From Schmidtea polychroa (Eukaryota), in NCBI GenBank assembly GCA_044892525.1, contig CM097888.1, forward strand, positions 46,376,001 to 46,440,000: a stretch of DNA of 64,000 bases, in the 5' to 3' direction. Below, one piece after another: positions 22,734-37,600 of the stretch; the first letter of the stretch is position 1; each line of letters begins with the position of its first letter. The position numbers and the translations under genes were made by a program. The notes under the pieces are model-generated. The model was not told the DNA's origin. It did no database searches and saw only the letters and a program-made list of their open reading frames with translations.

Positions 22734-24566
22734 ATGAGTAACAATCAAGGATACTATGTTAACCATATGATAGATCACATTTTCCCAATTTCAGATTCTG
22801 ATCTCGAAAAACAAAGGCTACAGAAAAATAAAACTGGTTTTTAAAATTTACTAATCAATCAATATCAACAGTTAGATTTTTCTTCTAGGATTTGAATATC
22901 ACTCTAATTTACCATTGCAAATATCATTGTATTTCAATGCTTATTATTTCCCATTTTGGTTTGTTGGAATGTGCTTGACACTAGAACAAGAAGTTTAGAT
23001 TAATAACTAAAGATTTATTTATAATCAGTTATTCAGTTTAATAAGATGAGTAATATATTCCGAGTTATAAATGTAGCTTTATTCATTTTATTCTCAATCC
23101 TGGAAATCACTAGATTAATTGCCGGCTATTCGGGAAATCTAGCGGAGAAAGTATCATAACATATCACCTGTAAATTTTTTTACACTTTTAAAAGATTCCA
23201 GAATTTGCCGGATTCTGGCTATTAACCATTTTGGTTCAGTTGCCAGCGATTTTCTTTTTCCTATTATCCACCGATATGATCATATCACCTTTCGAGCTGG
23301 CATTGCATATTATTGAGGTTTTTTTTATCGTATTCCAGGTATCATATATATATATATATTTCTATTTCTATTTAATTATTTAGTTCTTTGTCAACTATTT
23401 AATATAAATTCAATTCAAATTAATTATTTAAATTTAAAAATTCATGATATATTTTATTAATTGTTAATTTAGTCTAATGTTTATGCCACTTATTTTTTTC
23501 ATTATTTCATTAATTAATTAAGTTTGAATTATTTGTCAATTAATTAATTATAAACTGTTAATAAATTATTGATTAATTTAAAATTAATAATTGCTTCTAA
23601 ATTAATTAATATTTAAATTAATTTAAATTTTAGTGATAAATAATAAATTAATTGTGAATAAATTATTTTTGATTACTTTTAATTTTGTAATTTTTTTGAA
23701 TTAATTAACCATTTATTTATTTATTAACTTTACAAATATAAAATTATTATAGTTTTTGAAATAGATATTGTTTAATTATTAAACATTTTTTATTAATTTA
23801 TAATTATTTTTAATTATTTATTAATTTACTTTTGATTGTTTTGAATTAAATCAAAAATTTATATAATTATTTATGAATTCATTTTCCTTTAATTATCATT
23901 TTAATAATTAATAAGTTATTAATTAAATTTAGAAATTAAATATATTTATTATTATTGATTTTTTAATTAATTTTTTATTAACTTATAATTAATTTTTAAA
24001 TAATTGAAATAATAATTATTTTTGATTAATTAATAATTATTAATTTTAAAAATTAAATATAAATTATTATAATTGAGTTTGAATTTTTAAAAATTGACCT
24101 ATAATTATTTTTAATTTATGAAATCATTTCATTAAATTAATAATTAATTTTATTAATTGAGTTTGAATTTTTAATATTTAAATAATCATTATTTTTAATT
24201 ATTTTTGTTTATTAAATTTAAAAATTAAATATATTTATTATTATAGATTTCTGAATTAATTTTTATTAATTAAATTATTTTAGATTTTTGTATTAGATGA
24301 AAATTTATATTATTTTTGAAATCATTTTCTTTTAATTATTAATCATTTTTATTAATTAATACATTATTTATTAAATTTTAAATTAAATATATTTATTATT
24401 AATTAATGTAACGTCTCAGGCAATCATTGGGATATTTGTATTGAAAATGATGATAAGTTATCAGAAATTAAAATTCCTCGTTTCCCAGCCACCCAAAGCT
24501 CCATCTAGATATCAAGTTCCCAACAATTATTACGACGAAATGAATATCAATGGAAAGAGCAAATGA
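22734..24566 (+). CDS. TMEM17: Transmembrane protein 17, ciliary transition-zone (MKS module) component, about 203 aa
   Basis: Not in the ORF track. Five exons join in frame: 22734-22836, 22889-22992, 23037-23150, 23195-23338, 24420-24566. They give SNLPLQISLYFNAYYFPFW...LEITRLIAGYSGNLAEKIPEFAGFWLLTILVQLP...FELALHII, matching TMEM17 (SLALQMSLYFNTYYFPLW, RLYLGYVGNLQEKVPELAGFWLLSLLLQLP). Confidence 0.92.
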
Positions 24567-26569
24567 ATTCGCAAATTTTATTTGTTTTATATTTAAATTA
24601 TTATAATAATTTTACAGATGGAATATTTTATCTATTTCATCAATATTTATTATCAATTTTATTTATCTTCATTTGAAACTATAGATCAATATTTTCATAT
24701 TTTATCAATATATATATATATATATATTACGTTATTCGGCATTCAATGACGTAAAAAGATCCCTTGATATTTTTATTTATTTGTTTAAATGAAGTAATTT
24801 TTATTTAATTTTTTAAAATTTAATTTTCATTGAAAATTTAATTTTAGGCTTTTTTATCGTATAGAAAGTCATTAAATTTTTTTAAACAAAAATCGATTAT
24901 TTAAACAAATTATCAAAAAAACTTCATTTAAACAAATAAATAAAAAAAATTAGATTAATAATTGTTTTTCAGATTTTCCATGTGCCAGAAACGCCCTAAA
25001 GGGCTCATAATCTTAATTGAATAAAATAATCGTCTTATTGATGAGAATAACGAAGTGGATAATTGACCTACCGAAATCTGAGAATATTAATAATAGCTAT
25101 ACAGTAAAAAGTTCACGTTCAAATAAAATAATCGTGACTTTGCAAGTATATGTTATAGCTCAAACAATTAGGGCAGGTAGAGAATATTATTATTCCTGTC
25201 AATTTGCCATGCAAATTCAGTTGTTTCTAAATGAGAAATGTATTGGATGAGATGGACAGTTTTCTTGACCTCATTCACCAAATTTCTGTGTTTTTGGGTT
25301 GTAAAACTGAAATTATCTTAAAAGGCCATAATTTTTAGAAAAATTAAATATCTTAAAATCAGTCAATGAATAAATTAGAATTGCATGACAAAATGCAAAA
25401 TTACAGAATATCGAAAAACTATCAAATTTTAATTCGGAAAACGGGCCAGGTAATGATCAGGCAAGCGGAAGTTTATGGTGATAATGAATTTATCACAATA
25501 CGCTTAACCCTTTCCAGCCCAAATTTTTTCAAAACAAAAAAAAATATATGCAGTAAGTAGGTACCAAATCTACTTATTTTATCATAAAAATATTTTACTT
25601 CATTTTTTTTGTTGCCCCCTTAGAAAACTGTTAAAAACATATCTTACTATAGTTCTCACTAGTTACTGCCAACCGTTTTGGTAGTAGAGAGAAAAAAACT
25701 GAGTTTTTAACTAATGATTCCATTTGGAATCACTGGGCTGGAAAGGGTTAAAAAGGGTCGAAAACAAGGGAACGAAAAAGGAAATTAATTAATTAAAGGA
25801 AATTTGAGCTTGGTAACCAAAGAAAAATGAAAAACAATGTGGGTTTTTGGTTGTTACTATCGAGAAAGCATGAATTTTATAAGATGAGATCATGAAAGAA
25901 AGCCGCAGAAGGAAGATTGGTGTGATTTGGGTCGAAAACCATTATTAAATGGATTATTGTACTTCATAAGACAAGTCTAGATAGAAACCACTGGCATTTT
26001 CTTCAGGTAGGGACGAAAAACTTGAGAGTAGGATTTGAGAACATGTTTAATTTAGCGAAAGTAGTGTAAACGAAATACTAATAGATTAATTAGGATCGAA
26101 TCAGGATCAGATTCCTGAAAGTGATTATTGTATCAAAGTGCAAGGAATCAAAAAGCCGCAGTGGTAATCGTCGGGTAATTATAACGCATATTATTTCTTG
26201 CTGTGACAGTTCGGTTGTGTAATTTGTTATATATAACTGTAATTCCATATACACGTTGAAATTGTCGTGTTTTATTTTATAGAACATGAGGAATCAGAAC
26301 TAGGGACTAGTATTATTTATTTAATTAAAAGCAAACAAATGTTAGCGTGTGGTTATAGGCATGGATTTTATTTTATTTTATTACGATCTAGTGATCTAAT
26401 ATGAATTTTTCTTAGTTGACTAGAAATTCAGGTCTTTCCCCCAAACGTTGTCAGTTATAATTCAGAAACAAATACTTTTTATAAGCTTGAATCTTTAATT
26501 TTAATTTACTACAACCTTCGGAGTTGTTTTTATAAGCACTGCATTTAGTGGCTACCCTAAAAGTATGGA

Positions 26570-26830
26570 AATCACTGAAGGTTAGATAAATCTAAAATTC
26601 AGATTAAATTTAGTAATGTATTCACCTCGGAAGACCAAAAGTATCTGTTTCGAGAATTCGTGAACTCTTCATATGAAACCACATTTCATCAGTATCGAAT
26701 GTTATGTGAAAAATAGTTATTGTAATAGTTAAACGACTCAACATAATTTACCATCTGAAACTTTCAGTTCTCTTACAAATATGAAATTCAAAGGATGGAA
26801 AGTGAATTGGTTTTGAATTGAGCCTTAACT
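26570..26830 (-). pseudogene. Highly degenerate Tc1/mariner transposase fragment
   Basis: Across frameshifts it reads FHPLNFIFVRELKVSD / HNI..TDEMWFHM / NSRNRYFWSSE, resembling HPYK.Q..QEL..D, I.FSDE..FHL and N.QN.R.W..ENP. Confidence 0.4.
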
Positions 26831-27378
26831 TCGTTCATATTGTTGCAGAAAATTTTAATTGTGTCTTCTGAAATATTAATAACTAGCTAGAACTCGTCAA
26901 AAATGACGGAATCATGTTATCAATCCAAATATATAATACTCCATAGATTTGCATGTTCAAAAAATGATTCCATATGTGGGTTAATTCATATTTATTTTAA
27001 TTCAATAAGTCGCCGAGAATAGAGAATTATAATATAGTAGATAACAGTTAAAAGAATTTATGGTCCAAATTGGACAAATAATGCATCATACGATAGAGGA
27101 AAGTCGATTTTCAGATAACATTAAAATAAAAATTCTATTTCATCGATCAAAATTTTATAATAAAAAAGTTATAATAAAATTTTTCATTTGGTGATTTTAA
27201 TTAAGCGTCATTCCATAATCACCAATTCACCTACATACAAGGAGAGTTATCTATTTAGATTATTACGGAAGGTATCACATTGCTTGGAGAAACTTGAGTA
27301 AAACTGGTTTGCTAAAATTTTGTAATAAAATTTCTAATTGTATCTCAATCACATAATGCTGTCTTCATAAATCATATA

Positions 27379-27578
27379 CACCTAACTGCGAAAGTTAACA
27401 TTGTCTATAATATACGTTGGTGTGCACACCACCTGAGGTGAGTCACCAATTATATGACAATGTTAACTTAATTTCATTTTTTCAATTTTTCAAAAATCGT
27501 TTTAAGGTAAGTTTTTGAATTGAAGTAATTTTTAGGACTTGAATTTTGATTTTATATAATTATGAGATCATTATTCAG
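27379..27578. mobile_element. Terminal module of the Tc1-like family seen at 41353-43801
   Basis: TA|CACCTAACTGCGAAAG... start. Nearly identical to 42882-43047 (direct) and about 42496-42686 (inverted). Confidence 0.75.
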
Positions 27579-28933
27579 CATAATCAATCAGAATTTCGTT
27601 TCTAACAGATTTCGCGTGTTTATCACCAATATTACATACAAACTCAACTAAAGCGCTTTTTTCTTTAGTAACAACTTTAAATATCTTCAGAGGTCTAATC
27701 ATGTGACGAGCATAGTGATTTCGTTACTAAAAGGTAATAAAATGTATTAATACAGTTATGTTACCAGTTTCTTAATTGAAACTTAGTTTAAGCTTGTAGA
27801 GCTATGAGAAAACTCTCGTTGGACATTTTTTTGTAATTAAACCTTTTAAACTTTATAAAAGATGAAATTCACAGACGACAGAGATAGTTTTTTTAAATAG
27901 TAATAAAATGCAAAGGCCACATATACTATTAAACATTTTTTAAACTATTGTGACATCTTGTCAGAAAAATTCAATTTCGTTCTATAGACTTCATAAATAC
28001 TTAAAATTCCAAAACATAAATAATACACCTGCTTCCGCTTTGATTAATAAGTAATAAACGGAGGGAATATGGTATAATTTATTTAAATTCACTACAAAAT
28101 TTTATTATGTCTGTAACGAGCAGGTTATATTTGAAAAAAGGAAGGAGAAGCAGAAAACTTTGTTAGAAATTCAAATGAAGATTACAATGATAAAACGTAA
28201 AATTTGGAACAATAGAACAAAAAATAAATGCTGAAACTTAAAATAAATATTATTTTCATAATTGGAAATATAAGAAAAGATACTCAAAAAGTAGTGAGCT
28301 TAATTTAGAAGAGTGTATGCCAAATTTGAAATATTGTAAAGAAGGGATGAAAGAGAAGGACGCCAAACACCATGGATTTTACTACAAGATTAAGAAGTGG
28401 AAACAGTGAAAATTTTATAAGTAATTGGTACTCAAATAAAATTAATTTTCACAAATATTTTGACGTATTTATTAAAAAAGATCGATTTATTTCGTGATAT
28501 ATTTTTTTGAATGTCTTTACTGATTCATAGTCAAGCTTTATAATAAAGACGAGGTCAATTGAAAATATAGCAGAGGTGAAATTTGGAAAAAGTTCTTATT
28601 TTGAGAAAATAATTTTTAAAATTTTGAACGTCGTTATGGTAAATGATGTACAAATTTATATAAATATTCTTTGGGAATATTTTAATTATAATTACTGGGG
28701 CAAATTCTGTGATTCTCTTTCTTGCCCATTTACACATAGTTTATAAAATAATCGCCCATTGCATATTGCTGACACTTTTATTATTTTTATGTTTCAAGTA
28801 AGTATTTGTACGACTTATAAAGTTTAAAATCATTTGAAGCTCTTTAATTTTCATTGAGAATATATAGAATATTATACTATATAGCGCTACAAATCATCGA
28901 CTGGGAAGAAATTAGGTTGCAACATGATGTATT

Positions 28934-28969
<36 letters not shown>

Positions 28970-29142
28970 TCTAACCCGGCTATTTGAACTCCTAGAGAAA
29001 GTTTTATGTATCTACATAAAAATTAAAGCACTCATGATGATTTTTTCGGAATAGAGAATTTCTGATGCGCCTCAACTATTTGGTAGATATTTTTTCACAT
29101 TTATTCGTTTTATTAAGGGACATAAAATGACAATTGTGGTTT

Positions 29143-29390
29143 CTAGAGAGAAGATGAAAGCATTTTTCTTGTCAACAATTCAGTAGAAATTAATGAACGA
29201 TTGGCTGATGCTTTGTCGTGCAAAAGGAAATTTTGGCCTGGTTCTCTATATTCTAGTCCAATGCAATATTTGTGAGAAAGTATACGTACGAAGCAATAAC
29301 TGTCGCTTGGAATGACTTCTTTGTGAATGATTCCTTTGAAATCATGGAGACAAACGAGCATTGTCTTGATTTTGAATGACCTCGAAACCT
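29143..29390 (-). pseudogene. Mariner transposase fragment with internal deletions
   Basis: KIKTMLVCLHDFKGIIHKEVIP...LLHDKASANRSLISTELL matches the mariner pattern K.M...FFD.KGIIH.EF / LHHDNAPAH. Confidence 0.7.
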
Positions 29391-30070
29391 CTTAATTAAC
29401 TATAGGACTTATGTCTGATAAAAAATTTTTTTTAAACCTATTTTTTAACCTAACGCTTTAATAAGCCATTTCTGTGGCATATTTCTCATTTTTTACACAA
29501 AACTATGCTTTTCTTTTTTGACTGATTTTTTTACAAATTTTGTCACTTAATGTGCCACAACTCAGCCTCAAATTATAGAAATGTCATAGAAATGAACCAG
29601 AATCTCGATGAAAATATGTCACAGGTAGTTTCCATCATTTAAAATCATTCCGGTTATTTATGAACAGAAGATGAACATTGGAATTATTAATGTAAATTGC
29701 CAAGAAGTTATAAAGAAATCCTATATAAAAATAAATGTAAATAGAAAAGCCTCCGTACAGTTGACATCCCCCTATTCTATTTGTCAAAAGCTCTAAAATC
29801 GGAAAAACATAATGGCAGAATGCAACTATAAATCGCAACATATTTATCTATAACTATTAATGACATTAGAACTACATAAACATTTCCATTCCGTATTATA
29901 ACAATCGTCCGTCAAAGATCTGTTATTGGAGAATTGGTAAAGAATTGTTGAAATATTGAATCAGCATAACTAAAACCACAAGAATAACAAATCGGCTAAT
30001 TAAACTTATAAAAATCGGCTACAAGATCACTGGACTCATGTCATTCACTTTACATTTTAACTGTGTAACA

Positions 30071-30334
30071 TTACGATTCTTTATAACTTGGGTTTTTGGA
30101 ATTCTCTTTTGCTGCTACTTCACTGAACTTAGAAAGCAAACTCCTTTTGCTTTGGAAAAAAGAGTCCCCGATAGGAGTTGACATATTATCCGGCGAAGGC
30201 ATTTTCGCTTCCTTACTTCCACTGATTGCATTTGATTGTTCGTCCATTCTCATTATGCTGCTAATAAATACCTGCCTGTTCTCCTCATCTGCAGGTCCCC
30301 ATTCGGATTTTGGTTTTATTACCTCACGTAATAT
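30071..30334 (-). CDS. SLC6 terminal exon
   Basis: TTTAG acceptor, then [20 protein letters not shown]...KES*; the WGP motif is typical of SLC6 C-termini. Confidence 0.85.
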   Translation of the reverse strand: MLREVIKPKSEWGPADEENRQVFISSIMRMDEQSNAISGSKEAKMPSPDNMSTPIGDSFFQSKRSLLSKFSEVAAKENSKNPSYKES

Positions 30335-33300
30335 CTAAATTTTTTTTGTTTTAATAAAAGTTTACGAAAAATTTAAATATAAGCAAAAAATAATTTTGAT
30401 AATGATGGGAATATTTATGTATTTTTATACTGATTGTTATTGTCGTAATAATACGCCTATGAATTAATACGTAAGTTAATTAAAATAAATATAATATTGT
30501 AAAAATATAATTTTATTTATCTACATTTAGTTTCTAATCAATATTGTTATTTATTATAAATTTTCAATAATGCTTTTTATAGATTCGAAAAAATTGAGAG
30601 CTTGTTTAAATACGTCTGAAATACATAGCATGAAAACCGCACCAAGTCGAATAAAAATCTATGATTATACATCAAATATTTCAAAGTAAAGCACACAACA
30701 CAATGAGGATACAAAAAAGTATAATAAAAATGATAAACGCAAGAAGTTGCAATCACCAACATAGTTAAGGGAGAAATAACTCTCATCATTAATGAACATA
30801 AAATAAACAAAGTGAGCGATTAAAGTATTGAAACACGAAAAGTAGTTTATTATTTGATATAAAGAATTTTTTAATAAAACTGAACAAGATTTCCTGTTTA
30901 ACAATTGCACAAATTTTGTTTTATTTATTAACTCAGTGTGCAAAAGCAGAATATGCAAAGGGACCCTGCTTAACCATAATTTGTGCTATTTGAAGTAAAA
31001 ATTTATAGTTTTGCCCTTCGATATTAAACCGTTTTCAGTCAATGCTCACTACAAAAGCTCCTTTAAAAATTTTCTTACAGTGAATGCTTAGATGTCAGAG
31101 TATATCTCGTTATTAATATTTATCCAATAAATAAAATACTAATAGATATGTTGACCCTCTGAAACTAAGTAAAATATTTTTGAAAAGTATGCAAGTCACA
31201 AAGTAGGTCAATTTGGGTCCGTTTAAGGACAATGTAATAAAAGAATATACAAATAAAGAAATATAAATAAAATGCTAGTAGATGAAATGATTTACAGGTC
31301 CAAAAGAAGTGGACACATTTCTGGTTCATTGCGTTCAAGAAGTGCCACCTGTTAGTATTGAAAGTGCTGAATCGGACAATTATCCGTCCACATTAATATT
31401 GACAGAGTTCATGAAAAAGGTAAAGGAAATTTTATAACATTCAAGTATGAAATAAAAGTTGTCAAGTAAACTTTTGACCTTTTAAACTTCACAGCCATTA
31501 CCGTTTTGAACAACTTAGGAAAATCAATAGAAAAATGGGCAGATGACAAAAGTTTAAAATGTTACATTCAAAACACTCGAGACCTTTGAAGGATAAAATG
31601 GAAATGCTTATAAAATTTGTAAGTAAGATATATTTTCATGTTTAGGCTTTAAGGCTCGAGTCATCATTGAAAATCAAATTGGTAGGTATTATTGTCATTC
31701 ATGTGAAAAGATTGATAATAACATCAACCTTTGATGGCACTCGTTTATTATTTACGTGATCACCATGCTTACAGACGGTACCGGTTGAGCACTAAATCTC
31801 TTCAGTATTTATTATTTAACATTAAATTTTAATTAAAAATTGCTAAAATTATGCTTCATATTATCTTATACCCCCACGAAAATAGTCTGCCTAGTCGATA
31901 ACGAATTTAATTTATCATTTCAAATCTTTCTTCCATTACGCGGTCTTTCTCAACAGTTGTATTATTGCCGCCATCGCCTTTCTGTCCAATCCAATCTCCC
32001 TTTGCAATAATTGAAATAATTTATTAACCAAAAATATCTTTCAATAGATTTCTACACAATTTCAATCCAACAACCGAAAACATGGACAAATTTTTTGAAT
32101 TAATTAATTTAATGAATTTCTATTGAAATAAAATTTTGGAAATAAAGCTGGGATATCTCGAGAGAAATAATATCCCAACCAATTCTTCATCTGACATGCA
32201 TAAATTCAACCAATTATTTAACAGTTCTTGATGAATCGATTTTTATTCTCCTAGCTTCCATGATGCCGGTGTGCATGGCAATGATTCACAGAACGGCCGG
32301 CTGACACATATCTCCAGCCGCTCTGTAGAATTCTATGAAATATTTCTAGAGAAGGGCAAATTCATTGACTAATAGAAGCATACAAGCAAGGCAGTTCCAT
32401 TCATAGCTTGATGGGACACGTGATGCAGCATTTCATATATTCGACATTAGATAATTTCCATGCCCAATAAAAGTAAAAGCCGACTGTCTGCTTAGTAGAT
32501 TAATTCTTTAACAGCTTCTAAAGCGTTTTGCGCATTGTTTAACAATTCCGGACGCAAAGTTTAATTAAATAAAGTAACTTAGGGCTAATGAATAAATTTG
32601 TAATTTGCACCAATAAAATTAGACTATTTTACGTACTTTAGTATAAATTTTAATGAAAACAATACTTACGATCCATCCTCCTTCTTTGCAGTATCTATAA
32701 ATAAACACCGAGGGAACGAATACCAATGGAAATAGTGCAATAAAATGAGTTAATGTTACATATGATTGTGGATATGAATAATCACCATATTTCAGGGTAT
32801 CCCCCGCCACGAAATAAAATATAATCAACAATGAAATCACTCCAGGAGAAATATACATCCACATTATTCTCCAATACCAATTTGGTCTCTTTTTTGTCAT
32901 TAAAGCTATATCTTTTCTGAATCTATTTATGCCNNNNNNNNNNNNNNNNNNNNNNNNNNNNNNNNNNNNNNNNNNNNNNNNNNNNNNNNNNNNNNNNNNN
33001 NNNNNNNNNNNNNNNNNNNNNNNNNNNNNNNNNNNNNNNNNNNNNNNNNNNNNNNNNNNNNNNNNNNNNNNNNNNNNNNNNNNNNNNNNNNNNAATAACT
33101 ATAATTTCCAACAGCGCGAGCACTAATAAAACATATCCACTGATAACATAGTCTAGCATATTAAGTATATACATTCCTCCTCGACATGTCATTGGAATAC
33201 CCAACAGGAAGCATAACGTGCAAATACTGACCCTAAGAACATTAATTTAAATAATAATTATTTCGTAAATATATAAATTATATATTTGATAAATTTCAAA

Positions 33301-34539
33301 ATCAATAAAGTAATTAATGGAATAATTTTAATAGAAATTCAATAATCGAATATCAAAAAACAACAAATCCCAAAGTTAGTTGATATGGATTATTAAGCGG
33401 TATTAAATAATTAATGAACGGGAAAATGTTAATTAATTAATTAATTAAATAAAATAATTTTTAATTAGCTCTTATGTGTCAACAGAAATGCAGATTTAGA
33501 AAGGAATTTTAAAATAAAAGATTTCTCTCGCATAGTTCTCTTTAGTAATTATTAATGATGTAGTTTTTAAGCAACTTTTAACAGTAAAATAGCTCTGTTG
33601 GGGCAGTCAGATATCAGTATAATCACATTATAATGATAATTGTATGATCTTGACTGATGTCATTTTGGTAAGAAGCAAATAAAAATGATAATATGAAATC
33701 AAGAAAATAATTTCATTCAAAAAAGTATGTAAAAGTGCGATGAAATTACATTTACCACTGTGTTGAAATAAATTGAATTGAGAATCTGAAAATACCATTA
33801 ACTTGGTACTTGCAATAATACCATTGTGAGTATGAAATACAATTCAGAATTTAAATATTGTGTTGTTAAAATCAGTACTGATTTTGGGGATTTTTGCAGT
33901 CGTATGGCTTCGAGAGTCAACAATCACAGAAGGGCAACAGCAAGACTAATCATGTTCTTGAGTTCAACGTTTTAAGTTCAAATTTTGAATACTCTATTAT
34001 ATTACATAAGTGGAGTTTCCTTACATATGCGACATTCTTGACACTTAAAAGGTTAATAGAATCAGGGTTCTTTGATTATTCCATTTGATGCAATTTAGTA
34101 CCGCTTTACATTTCATTTAGAACTTATGAAAAACATAACTCGAATTTACTATCTTAACCTTTAATGATGAAAGCAGTGAATTAGCATAAACTAGTAAAGT
34201 GAATTGCATAAATTGCATAAACGTCTATATAAATAATTACCTTACTATGTAGATCTCTCCAAACATATTTTTAATTAATTTCCAATTAAGCTACTTACAG
34301 ATGTAAATAATATATTTTAATTAATTTTTTAAAATTTTTATGAAGCTTTGTCTAAATGTTTGTTTATTGGAAAATACAAACGAAGATTAATAATTTATTA
34401 ATGCAAATAACATTTCAAATTAAAAAAATTATTCAAATAATATAATATAATAAAACAATAAAGTGATAATTTAAGTCTTTTGCTGCTTATAATGTATTTA
34501 ATGAAATGATTTTCGACTATAAGATATAATATAAGATAC

Positions 34540-34609
<70 letters not shown>

Positions 34610-37600
34610 TTTAAACAATTAAATGATAATAAGTTTTTTGCTGTGAAGTATATATTTAATAAAATGAAAGAATTTTCAACTATAAAAATAAAAAATAAGT
34701 AAAAAAATTATTATTAAATTTGTGTCAGTATTTAAGGGTTCCAGATGAAGTGTCATAACTACGCTCTATATAAGAAACTAGGTAAATTTCTTCCAAGCGC
34801 GACGTATCACCTTAACATATCAATAATTCATGTAAAACCTTTCAAACTTGTCTGCAATATGCTTTCGGTATGAACGAAATAAAAGTCAACCCATGTGGCA
34901 GACATTAGGACAAATATCTTACATTTCAATTCAATTTCCTTATTTGTCAAAAACTTTGCTTGTTTCAAGTTTTAAAGATTTAGAATTTTCCTTGTAAAAC
35001 AAATATCATTATTTTATATTCATTGTTTAAGTCATCAATCGAGGACTATTTTTAGATAATATGTAATAAATTATGAAATATTACATTCAAAAAATAAAAA
35101 AAATAACAAAAAACAACGGAACATACCTAAATATTATGACATGTAATTGAGACTTTAACAATCTCAGTCTCCTGAGTTCATCTTGGATTCCAGCTAAGAC
35201 CGTTTCAACGATTGCAAATTGAGATCCGAATCCCAAAGTGATCATCATTAAAAAGAAACAAATAGACCATAACGGGGCCATAAACATGTGCGTCAAAGCT
35301 TCTGGATAAACTACAAAGGCTAATCCAGGACCTAGAACAAAAATTAATTTTTTAAAGATGGAATTTATGAATTCGGAGTTAGGAAATCACAGTTATTAAT
35401 AAAACTTAAACAAGGTACCCCCGATTAAATTGTTTGGTGATTAGTAAAAATCAACCTATTACTATCGAAAACGGTATTGAAACTTATTCGTATTTGTATT
35501 ATTAAAACATAAAAGTCTTGCGGCTAATAGTAATTTTTTATACGTATTAGGGTTACTAACGTTTCAGTAGCGTAAACCTAAGAGATGATCTCTCGTGCTA
35601 AACAATCAAATATAAAGACTGGAAGATATTGAAAGTTTATTTGCAATACACAATTTCAATTCTACTTTCACTTTCCCGAATGATAACACTTCTAAGGGTA
35701 TGGCGCTCTGGTTTGAATCAGGTTGATAAGTGATGCCCTCGTTTAATATCACTTCATATTTTTTGTAACTTCTCAGGAGGGAAAAACTGTGAAAAATTTG
35801 CCAATTAATATATTGATGATTATTTACATTCTGCAATTAATTTTATTTAATAACTACGGGATGGACTTTGACTGTTAGTTTTACTTCTAAATCGAGAATA
35901 GTTTAAAAAGAAATGAAGATAAAGGAAATTGTAAAAGATCAATAATGAAGAGGGCAAAATTCTTCACTGATATTAAAACTTCTTCCAAAGATTTAGAAAA
36001 ATTTTCTAGCAATTTGAGAGAACTACTGAACACATTAATCTAATGACAAATTTTGTTTGAATGTTCGTCGCCTTGCCAACAAATTTTGAAAATATAACTT
36101 TCTGATTTCAATTCTGAATTTCACTTTCATTTCTTTCTTTCAATATGATAAATAGATAAATGGCATTCGATTCCCTTGCAAATTTCAAACCAAATTTCAC
36201 CGACATTCTAGCACAATAAATAATCAATTACTTTTTCAATTTAGTAAAACAAATATTTTATTTTCAGTTTGTTTATATTTCAATGATTAATTATTTATTA
36301 CGTCGACAAAATTCTGAAATTCATTTGGCAAATGAAGTAGATGACTAAAAATAAAAACATTTCTTTATCGTAATATAAACTCATATTTCACTGAATGATT
36401 ATATTTCACTATATCTTTATTATTATAAACCATGTCTTATTTTTGGGTTTTTAATAACAATCATAATAACAATAATAATAATGTATTTATTAAAAACTTG
36501 AATATGAATCAGTAAAGATATCGATTTTTTAATAAATACAATGTCAATTGAAAATAAATCAGAGGTGAAAATTGAAAAAAGATCTTATAATAATAATAAT
36601 AATAATTAGCCATTTTAGAAATGGCTTTCAAGTAATTTTTTTTATTTTTTTTAAAGTAAACTTTAAGGCTTGAATATTGATCCATATAGATACAATCAGT
36701 GTTGCTGAATCGTGGTCTTGCTGCACCTGAATTGATACAAAGGACGCCGTTTTCAAACTCATAAAAGTGTTCGCGCACATTCAAACCTTCGTTTGTGTGC
36801 TTTTGTGATGTTGATTATATCACAAATACACATCTAGATTTTATAAATTTATGTATTTAAATATTTTACATTAAAATTTTACGACAACAAGATTTCGCTA
36901 AGTGACCCCATTTGGGGTTGCGACCCATAGTTTAAGAAGTCCTGATTTAGATGAAATGGTTAGTTGATGTTGGTTTTTATTCTTTATTAATTATACAAAT
37001 TTAATAAATATATAACAGATTACAATAATAAATAAATTATCCACGAACCTTTGTCGACAACATTATCAATTGTTGTATTCTTCAAGTAAGCCATAAAGCC
37101 GAGATTTGTGAAAATGACAAATCCAGCAAAAATGGAAGTGGCACAGTTTAGAATTGCTACAAACACCGCATCTCTGAAAAATGATAAAAATGATAATCAT
37201 TATATTCACTTAAATTTATGTATATATTTAACCCATCTAACGGCCCACAGGAGTTCCAAACGAAGAATTTTTTAACAGTCTACCTTACTTTCTTTCGTCA
37301 TTTAATTCTAATGGGATCAACGTTTCCTTCGCTAAATGATGCTGTAGAACTGAGTTACCTATGTTGTCAACTTTTATTAAAAACATTATATTCTTAAAAT
37401 TATAATATTTTACAGTTATAAGAAGTACCAATGTTTGAAAATACCAACTGATGTGGGAGCGTTTTCGACCGACAACCCTATACTATTTTGATTTAGCTAT
37501 TAATTAACACACGAGTATTTTTCTTTTTCATTTGGACTTCTTTTTCAAAAATAAATAAAAATATACTACCCTTTCGACATTCAATTCTCTATTTTGTCAG

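Noticed and set aside
25640-26300. Possible LINE RT relic (minus-strand NGFRPK)
   Set aside because: Only one short motif; neighbouring RT motifs could not be recovered.
36890-36944. hAT-like right end (also 3420-3478)
   Set aside because: No matching left TIR or secure TSD; too fragmentary to delimit.
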